A stretch of 63,409 nucleotides of DNA, counting the filler, from Octopus bimaculoides (Eukaryota), in NCBI RefSeq assembly GCF_001194135.2. It is 9 parts of 9 records of this genome, joined end to end, with 100 filler letters (N's around TTAATTAATTAA, not from the genome) between each part and the next. Parts side by side here need not be neighbours in the genome. Positions count along the whole stretch, not along the records: positions 21,650 to 48,742 come from NC_069004.1; 8 more parts are not named here. One strand, written 5' to 3'. This document shows, piece by piece, positions 21,650 through 33,372 of this stretch (position 1 is the first letter of the stretch; every line of letters begins with the position of its first letter). Both the position numbers and the translations under genes were made by a program. The notes beneath the pieces are model-generated. The model was not told the DNA's origin, searched no databases, and saw only the letters and a program-made list of their open reading frames with translations.

Positions 21650-21842
21650 CTTCGACAGAAAGGAACACTAAACCATTTTTATTTTCTCTCTCTGCTTGTT
21701 CTGTGTTCCTTTCTGTTGAAGAGCGTAGGCTCGAAACGTAAAAGACTTTCTCACTTCCCGAGTGTTAATCTAATACATCTGTTTTTTGTTTACACTCTCG
21801 TCTTCGTCTTTTGTTTTGTTTTTTTCTTTGTAAATTCCAACT
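21650..21842 (+). mobile_element. Penelope-like tail with minimal hammerhead-like motif (21709-21744) and inverted partial copy (21650-21668)
   Basis: cttt-CTGTTGA-A-GAGCgtagGCTC-GAAAC-GTA-aaag; cttcgacagaaaggaacac is the reverse complement of 21703-21721 with one mismatch. Confidence 0.65.
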
Positions 21843-22370
21843 ATATATATATATATATATATATAGACAGGGAGAGAGACGCTACATTATAGTATATACG
21901 ATAACACATGCCAACACACACGATAACATACGCACGTATAAACAATGCTCACACAATCATCTACACATACACATATACACGCACTCACACATACACACAT
22001 ACACCACAAGCACCACACACTCACAGAGACACACTCAGACACACACGTACCTGCACGCTTAGATGTGAAGCCACACAGAGAGACACACACACAGATGAGC
22101 TTCCATCGATTAGTAAGCTGTCTCCTCTATCCACCGCGCCACTGCGTCATCGCTTCCCTCCACTATTACACTCGACTTGAGACTAGAAATCAATAAAACC
22201 AGCTGATACTTAACTCACACATCTCACCTCTGCTTCTCATATTTTGGCAAAGGTTGAATATATTACGCTGGCATGTATGTAGGTATGTATGTGTGTGTAT
22301 CTGTGTGTGTGAATATGTGCGAGTATGTGTATGGGTGTCTGTATACGTGTAGGTATATTTATGCGTGTGC

Positions 22371-22425
<55 letters not shown>

Positions 22426-22917
22426 ATATATATCTGTGTGTATGTGTGTAAGTGTACGAATAAACGAGTGTATGACTGTCTATGTATATGTGTGTGTATA
22501 TCCTTGTGTGTGTGTGTGTATTTGAGTATATCCTTGTGTGTGAGTGCATGTATGTGTCTATATTCATGTATATATATATATATATCAGTTATATATATAT
22601 ATATATATGTATATATATGCATGTATATATATACATATTCCTATAAGTATATATATGAGTGTGTGTGTATGGGTGCTTGTGTATGTGTGGATAGGTGAGA
22701 GTGTACGCAAGCGCCGTCTACACACGCTTACTGACAATACACTCATACACAAGGACGTGCACTCTCTTAAATAACAATATCAATATTTATGGATGTTTAT
22801 CTATGCCCGTTCTTTTACATTCTTTCATTCTTGTACTGGTTGCGGTCATTGAACCATGGTCAGGATGGGACGCTACGTCCACTCTATGTGCGCGTAAATA
22901 TGCGTGTGCGTGACTGT

Positions 22918-22960
<43 letters not shown>

Positions 22961-23297
22961 NNNNNNNNNNNNNNNNNNNNNNNNNNNNNNNNNNNNNNNN
23001 NNNNNNNNNNNNNNNNNNNNNNNNNNNNNNNNNNNNNNNNNNNNNNNNNNNNNNNNNNNNNNNNNNNNNNNNNNNNNNNNNNNNNNNNNNNNNNNNNNNN
23101 NNNNNNNNNNNNNNNNNNNNNNNNNNNNNNNNNNNNNNNNNNNNNNNNNNNNNNNNNNNNNNNNNNNNNNNNNNNNNNNNNNNNNNNNNNNNNNNNNNNN
23201 NNNNNNNNNNNNNNNNNNNNNNNNNNNGAATTAAGGCAGTACGCATCGTTAAAATGGTGTGTGTGTATGTGTGTGTGTGTGTGTGTTTTTGTGTGTG

Positions 23298-23605
23298 TAG
23301 ACGTGCAATGGCCCAGTGGTTAGGGCGGCAGATTCGCGGTCGGAGGATCGTGGTTTCGATTCCCAGACCGGGCGTTGTGTGTGTTTATTGAGCGAAAACA
23401 CCTAAAGCTCCACGAGGCTCCGACAGAGGAGTGGTGGCGACCCCTGTTGTACTTTCTCTCACTCTTTCTTCCTGTTTCTTGTGTAAAGCTGCGATGGACT
23501 GGCGTCCCGTCCAGCTGCGGAGGGGGGGGGGGAGAATACATACGCCATAGAAACCGGGAATCCGGGCCCATGAGCCTGGCTAGGCTTTCAAAGGACGCAT
23601 AAATA
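23298..23605 (+). mobile_element. SINE family C (tRNA head + V-domain-like 3' module)
   Basis: A-box TGGCCCAGTGG (23309), B-box GGTTTCGATTCCC (23352); ctgcgatggactggcgtcccgtccag and gaaaccggg...atgagcc 3' part. Confidence 0.85.
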
Positions 23606-23829
23606 AAATATATATATATATATATGTATGTATGTATATATGCTCAAAATGGGGAGTAGATAGACACCCGACAACTGATGAAGGGTCATTTCTCAAGGTT
23701 TACTTGTCCTGTATACGAATATTTCCCTTTGTTATTTGCTTTTGTAATTGGGATCAATCAGTTGTTTCTTTCCTGTTACATGTATTTTCCTCTAGATATA
23801 TATTCATATATACCTACGTGTGTGTGTAT

Positions 23830-24045
23830 GTGAGTGTGTGTTTCTGTTTGTATCCGTGTTTGTCCCCCCACCCATCGCTTGACAACTGGTGTTGGCATGT
23901 TTACATTCTCGCAACCTAGCGTTTCGGCAAAAGAGACCGATCGAATAAGTATCAGGATAGCAAAAGAAAATTAAGCCCTGGGATCGATTAGTTCGACTAA
24001 AATTCTTCAAGGCTGGCTGGAGTCTGATGAATGAAAGAAACAAAA
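23830..24045 (+). mobile_element. SINE family B, 3' half
   Basis: tttgtcccccc..catcgcttgacaac..ggcaaaagagaccgat.gaataagta..ctgggatcgatt.gttcgactaa. Confidence 0.8.
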
Positions 24046-25861
24046 TATAAAAATACGTAATATCCTACAATAGACCTCCATCTTACTTTTGTGAGTCATC
24101 TGTAGCGCTGAACTCCATTGCCTGGTCTCCTTTGGGAATCTTGACTTTTATCTTAAGAGTCTTCAAGCTAAATTTTGACAGTTTACCAACAGATAAAGCT
24201 GGGTGTCATTTTAGTACATTTTCTTAGTAGAAACAAGTTAAAAGTGGTTATAAAATAAATAGGCGGTGGCAAGTTTACTCAATGAGCAAACACTACTTTT
24301 GCTTTGCTACCCGTTGTGTTTCTGCGGTTTGCTGGACAAATCTAAAACCTGGCTGCGTAGATTTTAATTTAAACCTACTCACAAAATTGCAAGACACGTG
24401 AAAACAGTGAAGCACTCTCTCTCCTCTCTTTCTTTCTGTCCCTCCCTCTCCCTCTCTTTTTGTCTTTCTCTCTCTCTCTCTCCTTCTGTCTCTCTCGGCC
24501 CTTCACTCATAAACGTACAAACCGAAACGCAATAGCATAACACAAATAATTAGAAAATGGAGAAAACCACAAATTAACCAACACATTGATTGGACCAGGT
24601 TTATAGCTTATTTTTTAATGCAAAGCATGACATAAGATATCTTACTGATCGGTTGCCAAAATGCAGTCTATACATAAATGCCAGAATAAAATTCTTCATC
24701 TTTATGGGGCATTCGAATTAAGGCAACGGATCTTCATCAGAGTGAAAAACAAGAGCTTACAATATAAACAAAAGGAAGAAGGAAGAGGTAAGAAAACATG
24801 GCTGAGACAAATAGTCTAGAAGCCCAATATGTTAAGAGCAAATAATTTACCATCAAGGGGCTACGGGGTCGGTAAGTAAAAGAGCATGACATAGCAGAAT
24901 AGACGTACGCACATACACATATAGACACACAGACATACAGAGACATACATGGACCCCCCCCCCCCGAACATCACATACGCATACTCAAACACACAAACAC
25001 AGACATACACATACAGACACATGCACACACACATATACGCAGACACAGACACATTCACATACAAACAGATAACACACATATATAGATACACACACACACA
25101 CATACGCACACACATAAATGTACACATACACAAAAGTATAGAATAAACAATTTCTTACCAAATTTCTCTTCTTCAAACTGAAAACTGTCTTGATCGGTCT
25201 TCTAACCAAAAGGAAGGGAAAAACGGAATAATTCTAATCCAGATTAAAACGTAGTCTTCTACTTGGAGAAAACAGTGAATGATTTGCCGTGGTTATCACG
25301 AACATCAGATCTGAATTTTAGATCATTACAAGAACAAAGAGATACAGTTTTCTGGAAGGATGGAACTTACGAAGATGACTGTCAAAAACAATACATCGCT
25401 GGAATAATGTTCATTAGTAAATGATCAGAAGACACACACACACACAGATCTCTACCCTGACATACTAACAGGTCTTGTCAATGAGAGGTTTATCAAAGAT
25501 AATAACTGAAATCGTGGTTGCTTAGTACTTTGCACCAATTGATAACACTTCAATTGATAATCAGACATATATATATGTAAACTTACACATTTCCTCATAT
25601 ATTGAAAACAATTTTTGAACCTTATTGGAATCTCATAAGTGGGGTCTACATAGATTTTTACCAATTCCAAAGAAATGAAGTGCTGTTCCGTTTATATATA
25701 CACATCGAATCTACTATTTTATTCACGTAAATTCACGAGAATCTCTGTGAACTAAACCGTTGTGTTTTCCCAAATGGAGGCAAATACCTTTCTCCATGTG
25801 ATCGGCTTGAAAAATTGTTAAAACATTAAGATATTTTCCTACTGAACCCGGAGCCTTGTGT

Positions 25862-25915
<54 letters not shown>

Positions 25916-27242
25916 TAAAAATGGGGAAGGGGCCAGTTTATGAGATTGCCTTAAGTTTCCCGTCCATAAAGTGTTTAGCTTTATGGCGTATCGTCAGATC
26001 TCAAAAACCTGTTGGTCCATGACCTCTTAAAAGNNNNNNNNNNNNNNNNNNNNNNNNNNNNNNNNNNNNNNNNNNNNNNNNNNNNNNNNNNNNNNNNNNN
26101 NNNNNNNNNNNNNNNNNNNNNNNNNNNNNNNNNNNNNNNNNNNNNNNNNNNNNNNNNNNNNNNNNNNNNNNNNNNNNNNNNNNNNNNNNNNNNNNNNNNN
26201 NNNNNNNNNNNNNNNNNNNNNNNNNNNNNNNNNNNNNNNNNNNNNNNNNNNNNNNNNNNNNNNNNNNNNNNNNNNNNNNNNNNNNNNNNNNNNNNNNNNN
26301 NNNNNNNNNNNNNNNNNNNNNNNNNNNNNNNNNNNNNNNNNNNNNNNNNNNNNNNNNNNNNNNNNNNNNNNNNNNNNNNNNNNNNNNNNNNNNNNNNNNN
26401 NNNNNNNNNNNNNNNNNNNNNNNNNNNNNNNNNNNNNNNNNNNNNNNNNNNNNNNNNNNNNNNNNNNNNNNNNNNNNNNNNNNNNNNNNNNNNNNNNNNN
26501 NNNNNNNNNNNNNNNNNNNNNNNNNNNNNNNNNNNNNNNNNNNNNNNNNNNNNNNNNNNNNNNNNNNNNNNNNNNNNNNNNNNNNNNNNNNNNNNNNNNN
26601 NNNNNNNNNNNNNNNNNNNNNNNNNNNNNNNNNNNNNNNNNNNNNNNNNNNNNNNNNNNNNNNNNNNNNNNNNNNNNNNNNNNNNNNNNNNNNNNNNNNN
26701 NNNNNNNNNNNNNNNNNNNNNNNNNNNNNNNNNNNNNNNNNNNNNNNNNNNNNNNNNNNNNNNNNNNNNNNNNNNNNNNNNNNNNNNNNNNNNNNNNNNN
26801 NNNNNNNNNNNNNNNNNNNNNNNNNNNNNNNNNNNNNNNNNNNNNNNNNNNNNNNNNNNNNNNNNNNNNNNNNNNNNNNNNNNNNNNNNNNNNNNNNNNN
26901 NNNNNNNNNNNNNNNNNNNNNNNNNNNNNNNNNNNNNNNNNNNNNNNNNNNNNNNNNNNNNNNNNTCTCTCTCTCTCTCTCTCTCTCTCTAACTCTTCGA
27001 AACGCTTAGTTTTAGAATGGTAGCAGCTGATGAAAGAAATGTTCTCTATGTGGCCTGTGTGTTTTCGGTACTCTGTTTATCATTTTGTCCACGTTTTTTT
27101 GCAACGTCAACCAATGAATGCATCAATTAGTTAATTAATTTAATTTAATAATTAGCAGCCTGAAATTCTAAGGAATGTTCAACAACTAATTGTAGCGTGT
27201 TTATCACAAAGAAAATAATGTTAAAATTATTGCAATTAAAAA

Positions 27243-27790
27243 GACGGTGACCTGGCAGAGTCGTTACCACTCCGGGCGAACTGCATCGTGGTATTTCGTC
27301 TACCGCTACGTTCTGAGTTCAAATTCCACCGAGGTAGACTTTGCTTTCCATCCTTTTTGGGTCGATTAATCGTTAACACGCCAGGAAAAATGCTTAGCAT
27401 CATTTTGTCCGTCTTTACGTTCTGAGTTCAAATTCTGCCAAACGTGACTTTGCCTTTCATCCTTTTGAGGTCGATAAATTAAGTACCAGATGAGCACTGG
27501 GGGTGATGTAATCAGCTAGTCCCCTCCCCACAAATTCCAGGTCTTGTGCTTTTCACAGAAGGGATTATTATTATTACTATTAAGGAAGTCAGTTAGCATA
27601 ATCGTTACCGCGCCAGGCGAAATGCCCAGCGACATTTCGTCCGTCTTTACGGTCTGAGTTCAAACCCTGCTGAGAGGGATTTTGCCTTTCATCCTTTCGG
27701 AGACGATAAAATCAGTACCAGTTAAACACTAGGGTCAATGGATTCGACTTACCCCATCTTCCAAAATTACTGGCCTCGTGCCAGAATTTA
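27243..27790 (+). mobile_element. SINE family A tandem copies
   Basis: Repeated ttctgagttcaaa..ttgcctttcatcc..gataaa..agtaccag..ctgggg blocks, separated by (TTA)n-like tails. Confidence 0.85.
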
Positions 27791-27905
27791 AAACCAATAT
27801 TATTATCATAACTATTAATATACCTGACTGGAACAAGCTGAAGATAAAAAGATGGAACCTAAACATTCACGTCTTCAGTTTGACTCGTTTGAAGGAAAAG
27901 CTGTA

Positions 27906-27969
<64 letters not shown>

Positions 27970-28780
27970 NNNNNNNNNNNNNNNNNNNNNNNNNNNNNNN
28001 NNNNNNNNNNNNNNNNNNNNNNNNNNNNNNNNNNNNNNNNNNNNNNNNNNNNNNNNNNNNNNNNNNNNNNNNNNNNNNNNNNNNNNNNNNNNNNNNNNNN
28101 NNNNNNNNNNNNNNNNNNNNNNNNNNNNNNNNNNNNNNNNNNNNNNNNNNNNNNNNNNNNNNNNNNNNNNNNNNNNNNNNNNNNNNNNNNNNNNNNNNNN
28201 NNNNNNNNNNNNNNNNNNNNNNNNNNNNNNNNNNNNNNNNNNNNNNNNNNNNNNNNNNNNNNNNNNNNNNNNNNNNNNNNNNNNNNNNNNNNNNNNNNNN
28301 NNNNNNNNNNNNNNNNNNNNNNNNNNNNNNNNNNNNNNNNNNNNNNNNNNNNNNNNNNNNNNNNNNNNNNNNNNNNNNNNNNNNNNNNNNNNNNNNNNNN
28401 NNNNNNNNNNNNNNNNNNNNNNNNNNNNNNNNNNNNNNNNNNNNNNNNNNNNNNNNNNNNNNNNNNNNNNNNNNNNNNNNNNNNNNNNNNNNNNNNNNNN
28501 NNNNNNNNNNNNNNNNNNNNNNNNNNNNNNNNNNNNNNNNNNNNNNNNNNNNNNNNNNNNNNNNNNNNNNNNNNNNNNNNNNNNNNNNNNNNNNNNNNNN
28601 NNNNNNNNNNNNNNNNNNNNNNNNNNNNNNNNNNNNNNNNNNNNNNNNNNNNNNNNNNNNNNNNNNNNNNNNNNNNNNNNNNNNNNNNNNNNNNNNNNNN
28701 NNNNNNNNNNNNNNNNNNNNNNNNNNNNNNNNNNNNNNNNNNNNNNNNNNNNNNNNNNNNNNNNNNNNNNNNNNNNNNNN

Positions 28781-28811
<31 letters not shown>

Positions 28812-28812
28812 C

Positions 28813-28989
28813 GGTGCAAGATGTGCACTCAGCGATGTTCTTAGTACGCGATAGGTGAACCGCGATGTTCTTAGTACGCGATAGGTGAACCGCGATGTAC
28901 TGAGTGCGCGATAGGTGAACCGCGATAGGTGAACCACGATGTACTGAGTGCGCGATAGGTGAACCGCAATATGGCGATGGATTAATGTA
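28813..28989. repeat. ~30-bp minisatellite (GCGATAGGTGAACCGCGATGTxCTxAGTxC), likely from the subterminal motif of a Tigger/pogo-type MITE end
   Basis: Five GCGATAGGTGAACC cores, ending in gaaccgcaatatggcgatggattaatgTA, which resembles a Tigger-like terminus. Confidence 0.7.
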
Positions 28990-29099
28990 TATTTATTTCA
29001 ATTGGCTGTCGAACGTGCATATAATTAATATTTTATTTTATTCTCCCTGCAATTATATGCAGTTTATAAACACCTTAATGAATCCTATGCAGAAAATCT

Positions 29100-29530
29100 G
29101 TTGCCTATACATCATTGATTCATTTATCTTATCGGTTTATTGTCTCTCCGAAGCATAATCAATTATTCATGCGTCTTCTGTGCAACCAGACATTAAACGA
29201 CGAAGGCATGCAACCTGCATATGTGAAATATCATTTGTATTCTAACCATGCTGACCAGAAGGACAAATCCTTATCATATTCCTTGCAACTTCAGGACCCA
29301 TTCGGATAAAAAAACCACCCCAACCAAACAAAACATTGATCTCGGTTTATCAGCGGTTATTGAACGAGATAACGTCATGGTTATATCATAACAACGATAT
29401 TATGTTATTTCGTCGCAGAGGATGGTGAGTCACATGCTGCAAGAGAGAGACATTGCTTCGACTTGGTTACTGATAATGCCCTCATGATAATAAGGCGTGA
29501 AAGGCCGGATACGTTATCTGGACCACCAAC
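29100..29530 (+). pseudogene. hAT Buster/Charlie (ZBED5-like) transposase N-terminal remnant
   Basis: HLSYRFIVSP..LFMRLLCNQTLNDEGMQPAYVKYHLYSNHADQKDKSLSY resembles the YLxYGF..P.CLLC...L.NE.MKP.KL..HL...H....DK..SF zinc-finger region. Confidence 0.65.
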
Positions 29531-29659
29531 GTTAAACATCTGCTCTTTCATATTCTTCCATGCTCTGAATTTTCTGTAGAAAAGGACGAGTCAACTGTTG
29601 CAGCCAATCAATGTTTAATGATCTCATATCTCTTCTCATTTACTTGTTCTAACGTTTCT

Positions 29660-29891
29660 TATTTCTCTATTGCCCACAAGGGGCTAAACACAGAGGGGAC
29701 AAACAAGGACAGACAAAGGGGTTAAGTCAATTACATCGATCCCAGTGCGTAACTGGTACTTAATTTATCGACCCCGAAAGGATGAAAGGCAAAGTCGACC
29801 TCGGTGGAATTTGAACTCAGAACTAAAAAACAGACGAAATACCGCTAAGCATTTCGCTCGGCGTGCTAACGTTTCTGCCAGCTCGCCCCCT
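29660..29891 (-). mobile_element. SINE family A, full length, CpG-intact
   Basis: cccacaaggggctaaacacagagggg..gtaactggtacttaatttatcgaccccgaaaggatgaaaggcaaagtcgacc..gctaagcatttcgctcggcgtgctaacgtttctgccagctcgcc. Confidence 0.93.
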
Positions 29892-30597
29892 TACTGCTTT
29901 TATAATAATGTTGGAGCTTTTTGTATCATCTATATCGTACTGAATGTAGGATGCTTGTCAAAAGGCAACTGTACTGTGTGTTGTTCGCTTTGTCGGAATG
30001 TTTGTTAGAAATTATAAAATATATTTTTGCAACAAAACACTCCACCTTCCGCTATCTTTATTGCTATAAATCATGAAGCATGATATCTCTTTCCTTAGCA
30101 ACATATCCAGCAAACTTAATAATCTTAATTCGTTATTGCCAGGAAAGTAAAGAAAAATAAAAAGAATTAAAAAAACAAAACAAAAACAAAAACAAACAAA
30201 CAAAACAAAGACCGCTTGTTGACTGCAAAACGTCTATCGCTGCTTTCATTTCTAAATTGGTACAGATAATCTAAGATGGATATTTCCAGACATTAGTTTT
30301 ACCAATTCCAACACGATAGGATTGCTTGAAATATAAGCTGGTTGTCGTGGGATATAATTACCTATCGTGACTATTGACAATCATTGTCTGACATCATGGT
30401 ACAGTGATTCCGCGATATTATTACCGTTGCAGTCACTGTTCCACTTTGGCAAAGCGACCCGTTATGAAGGCTGTCCTTTAGCGAGACGATGAACAGGAGG
30501 AATTAATAAAATTAGCGAATGAATAATGAGACAACACGATGAGATATCGACTTCATGAGAAACAACAAATGTGATCAGTGGCGTTTTTTAAAAATTT

Positions 30598-30815
30598 ATT
30601 TATGCGCCCTTTAGAAGCATAGCCACGCCCATGGGCCTGGTTTCCTGGTTTCTATGGTGTATGTGTCCCCCCCCCCCGGCTGGACGGGACGCCAATCCAT
30701 CGCAGCTTTACTCAAGAAACAGGAAGAAAAAGTGAGAGAAAGTTGGGGCGAAGGAGTACAACAGGGGTCGCCACCACCCCCTGCCGGTGCCTCGGGGAGC
30801 TTTAGGTGTTTTCGA
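30598..30815 (-). mobile_element. SINE family C, 5'-truncated
   Basis: ctggacgggacgccaatccatcgcagcttta..aggaagaaa.agtgagagaaag..acaacaggggtcgccacca is the reverse complement of 23420-23600. Confidence 0.85.
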
Positions 30816-31753
30816 TCTGTTCGACAGAAAAGCTTGAGGGCGATGCACCAGCAGCCCAATGACTTAAGTAAACGATAAAAGACAAAGATTTAATGTTACT
30901 ACTTGATAGTTCTTTTATTAAAGAACCTCGTGATGCAAAAAGCTATTAATTTTTATAGTATTGCATTTTAAGAATTAACAATTTTTTAATATCTTTCTGA
31001 ATATTTTGTTTAAAGATAGACGATGAAAAAAAAAAAATTCCGTATGAAAATGTGAAGGATGAGATCAAAAAGGTTGAGATATACTTAGTCACTCATTTCC
31101 TGAGAAAAATTGACTTATTGCTATTTATAGTATACACAATCTGACGCAGGGTTGACTTGGCTTATCTAATTTGCATAATAGTGCAAGCGCTAGCTAAGTG
31201 AATTAATTAAAAGCAACACGACGCAAAGAAGAATATATATATTTTAAACCTTTGTTGTGAAAAGTAGACAGACTGTCAATATTCAGAGCCAGGCTGCAAA
31301 GCTACAATTACTTTTACTAAAAACGCATACTCGTAAGTTTACCTTGCATTACTATCGTAATGCATTGTAGCAGCTTCATTAATGAGCACATACACACGCA
31401 TACACCCACCACACACACACACACTCACACACACAAACATATGCATTACGTACATAGACAACTGCACGTACACATACCAACACATACACAACTGTAGGAA
31501 AACATACAGCAATACATAAATACATACACACATGCTACAAATACACACACACATACACACACACACATTCACACACACACACTTCTTACACACATATCAT
31601 AGCAGATCCCTACGCACACATATAAAAACACGCACACAGACAGACACATGAACACCCCCCCACACACACACACACACACACAGACAGACACACACATATA
31701 CATACACACACGTACACACACATCGTCTGGGCTGTCGTTACTGTGTATTAAGT

Positions 31754-31822
31754 CCCTCCCTCCCTCCCCTTCCCGCCACGCCACACTCTGATGACGTCAC
31801 AATGTGTAAACTAATGCACGTG
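31754..31822. promoter_or_regulatory. Candidate cis-regulatory cluster (G4-forming C-runs, GC box, CRE, E-box)
   Basis: ccctccctccctccccttccc (31754-31774), CCCGCC/CCACGCC, TGACGTCA (31792-31799), CACGTG (31817-31822) in a short unique island between microsatellites. Confidence 0.3.
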
Positions 31823-32135
31823 CGCGGTGCAGCCAAGTCAGCATTTGTGATGTGTTAACATGCAGCAGGTGGTTGTGGTGGTGGTGGTGAGAGGCGGTGA
31901 CCCCGATAATGGTGGTGGAGTTGGTGGTAGTAGTAGTAGTGGTGGTGGTAGTGATGGTGGTGGTAGTAGTGGTGGTGGTGGTAATAGTAGTGGTAGTAGT
32001 GATGTTGGGCTGGTGGTGGTGGTAGTAGAAATAATAGTAGTAGTAGTAGTATTGGTGGAGGTGGTGGTGGTAGTAATGGTGATAGTGGGGGCTAGTGGTG
32101 GTGGTGGTGGTGGTGATGGTGGGGGAGGCAGGTGA

Positions 32136-32180
<45 letters not shown>

Positions 32181-33306
32181 CGGTGGTGGTGGCGTAGTGC
32201 GTGCGTGTGTGTGAGACGAATGGGAGTTGTCTACGTGGAAGGTGACAGCCATAACATCGTGGCACCGCCATTATATTACGCACACACACATACACACACA
32301 CACATTCATACTTATACACGCACGCACACACCCACAAATTTGCAGGCGAACATACAAAGAGTATTGTAAAGATGTGAAACTTTAATTTCGTATGTGAAGA
32401 CGCTTAGCTTAGTGCTTAGAGTATTCGGCTTACAATCNNNNNNNNNNNNNNNNNNNNNNNNNNNNNNNNNNNNNNNNNNNNNNNNNNNNNNNNNNNNNNN
32501 NNNNNNNNNNNNNNNNNNNNNNNNNNNNNNNNNNNNNNNNNNNNNNNNNNNNNNNNNNNNNNNNNNNNNNNNNNNNNNNNNNNNNNNNNNNNNNNNNNNN
32601 NNNNNNNNNNNNNNNNNNNNNNNNNNNNNNNNNNNNNNNNNNNNNNNNNNNNNNNNNNNNNNNNNNNNNNNNNNNNNNNNNNNNNNNNNNNNNNNNNNNN
32701 NNNNNNNNNNNNNNNNNNNNNNNNNNNNNNNNNNNNNNNNNNNNNNNNNNNNNNNNNNNNNNNNNNNNNNNNNNNNNNNNNNNNNNNNNNNNNNNNNNNN
32801 NNNNNNNNNNNNNNNNNNNNNNNNNNNNNNNNNNNNNNNNNNNNNNNNNNNNNNNNNNNNNNNNNNNNNNNNNNNNNNNNNNNNNNNNNNNNNNNNNNNN
32901 NNNNNNNNNNNNNNNNNNNNNNNNNNNNNNNNNNNNNNNNNNNNNNNNNNNNNNNNNNNNNNNNNNNNNNNNNNNNNNNNNNNNNNNNNNNNNNNNNNNN
33001 NNNNNNNNNNNNNNNNNNNNNNNNNNNNNNNNNNNNNNNNNNNNNNNNNNNNNNNNNNNNNNNNNNNNNNNNNNNNNNNNNNNNNNNNNNNNNNNNNNNN
33101 NNNNNNNNNNNNNNNNNNNNNNNNNNNNNNNNNNNNNNNNNNNNNNNNNNNNNNNNNNNNNNNNNNNNNNNNNNNNNNNNNNNNNNNNNNNNNNNNNNNN
33201 NNNNNNNNNNNNNNNNNNNNNNNNNNNNNNNNNNNNNNNNNNNNNNNNNNNNNNNNNNNNNNNNNNNNNNNNNNNNNNNNNNNNNNNNNNNNNNNNNNNA
33301 TATATA

Positions 33307-33372
33307 GTTTACAGTTACAATATCTGACAGACTTTGGCCTCCAGGCTTCGCACCAGCAGTCCATGAGGAAGA
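33307..33372 (+). CDS. Candidate coding exon (FTVTISDRLWPPGFAPAVHEED), unidentified
   Basis: AG acceptor next to an N gap, 66-nt open frame, donor gat|GTTAGT; weak support. Confidence 0.15.

Noticed and set aside
23298-23375. tRNA gene (A and B boxes; also 45540 and the SINE A/B heads)
   Set aside because: Continues into SINE bodies found in multiple copies; no clean cloverleaf or poly-T terminator.
25260-25330. Tc1-like LPWLSRTSDLN fragment
   Set aside because: Suggestive of a very old Tc1 relic but too degraded to delimit.
26995-27045. Possible type II hammerhead (GAAAC..CTGATGA order)
   Set aside because: No stem I hairpin can be formed between the motifs and stem II does not close.
28813-28975. 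CRISPR-like repeat-spacer pattern
   Set aside because: Spacers are themselves repeated, the host is eukaryotic and there are no cas genes; it is a minisatellite.
29419-29424. 6-nt micro-exon AGGATG between tcgcAG and GTGAGT
   Set aside because: Lies within or next to a hAT fossil; such a short match is expected by chance without RNA data.
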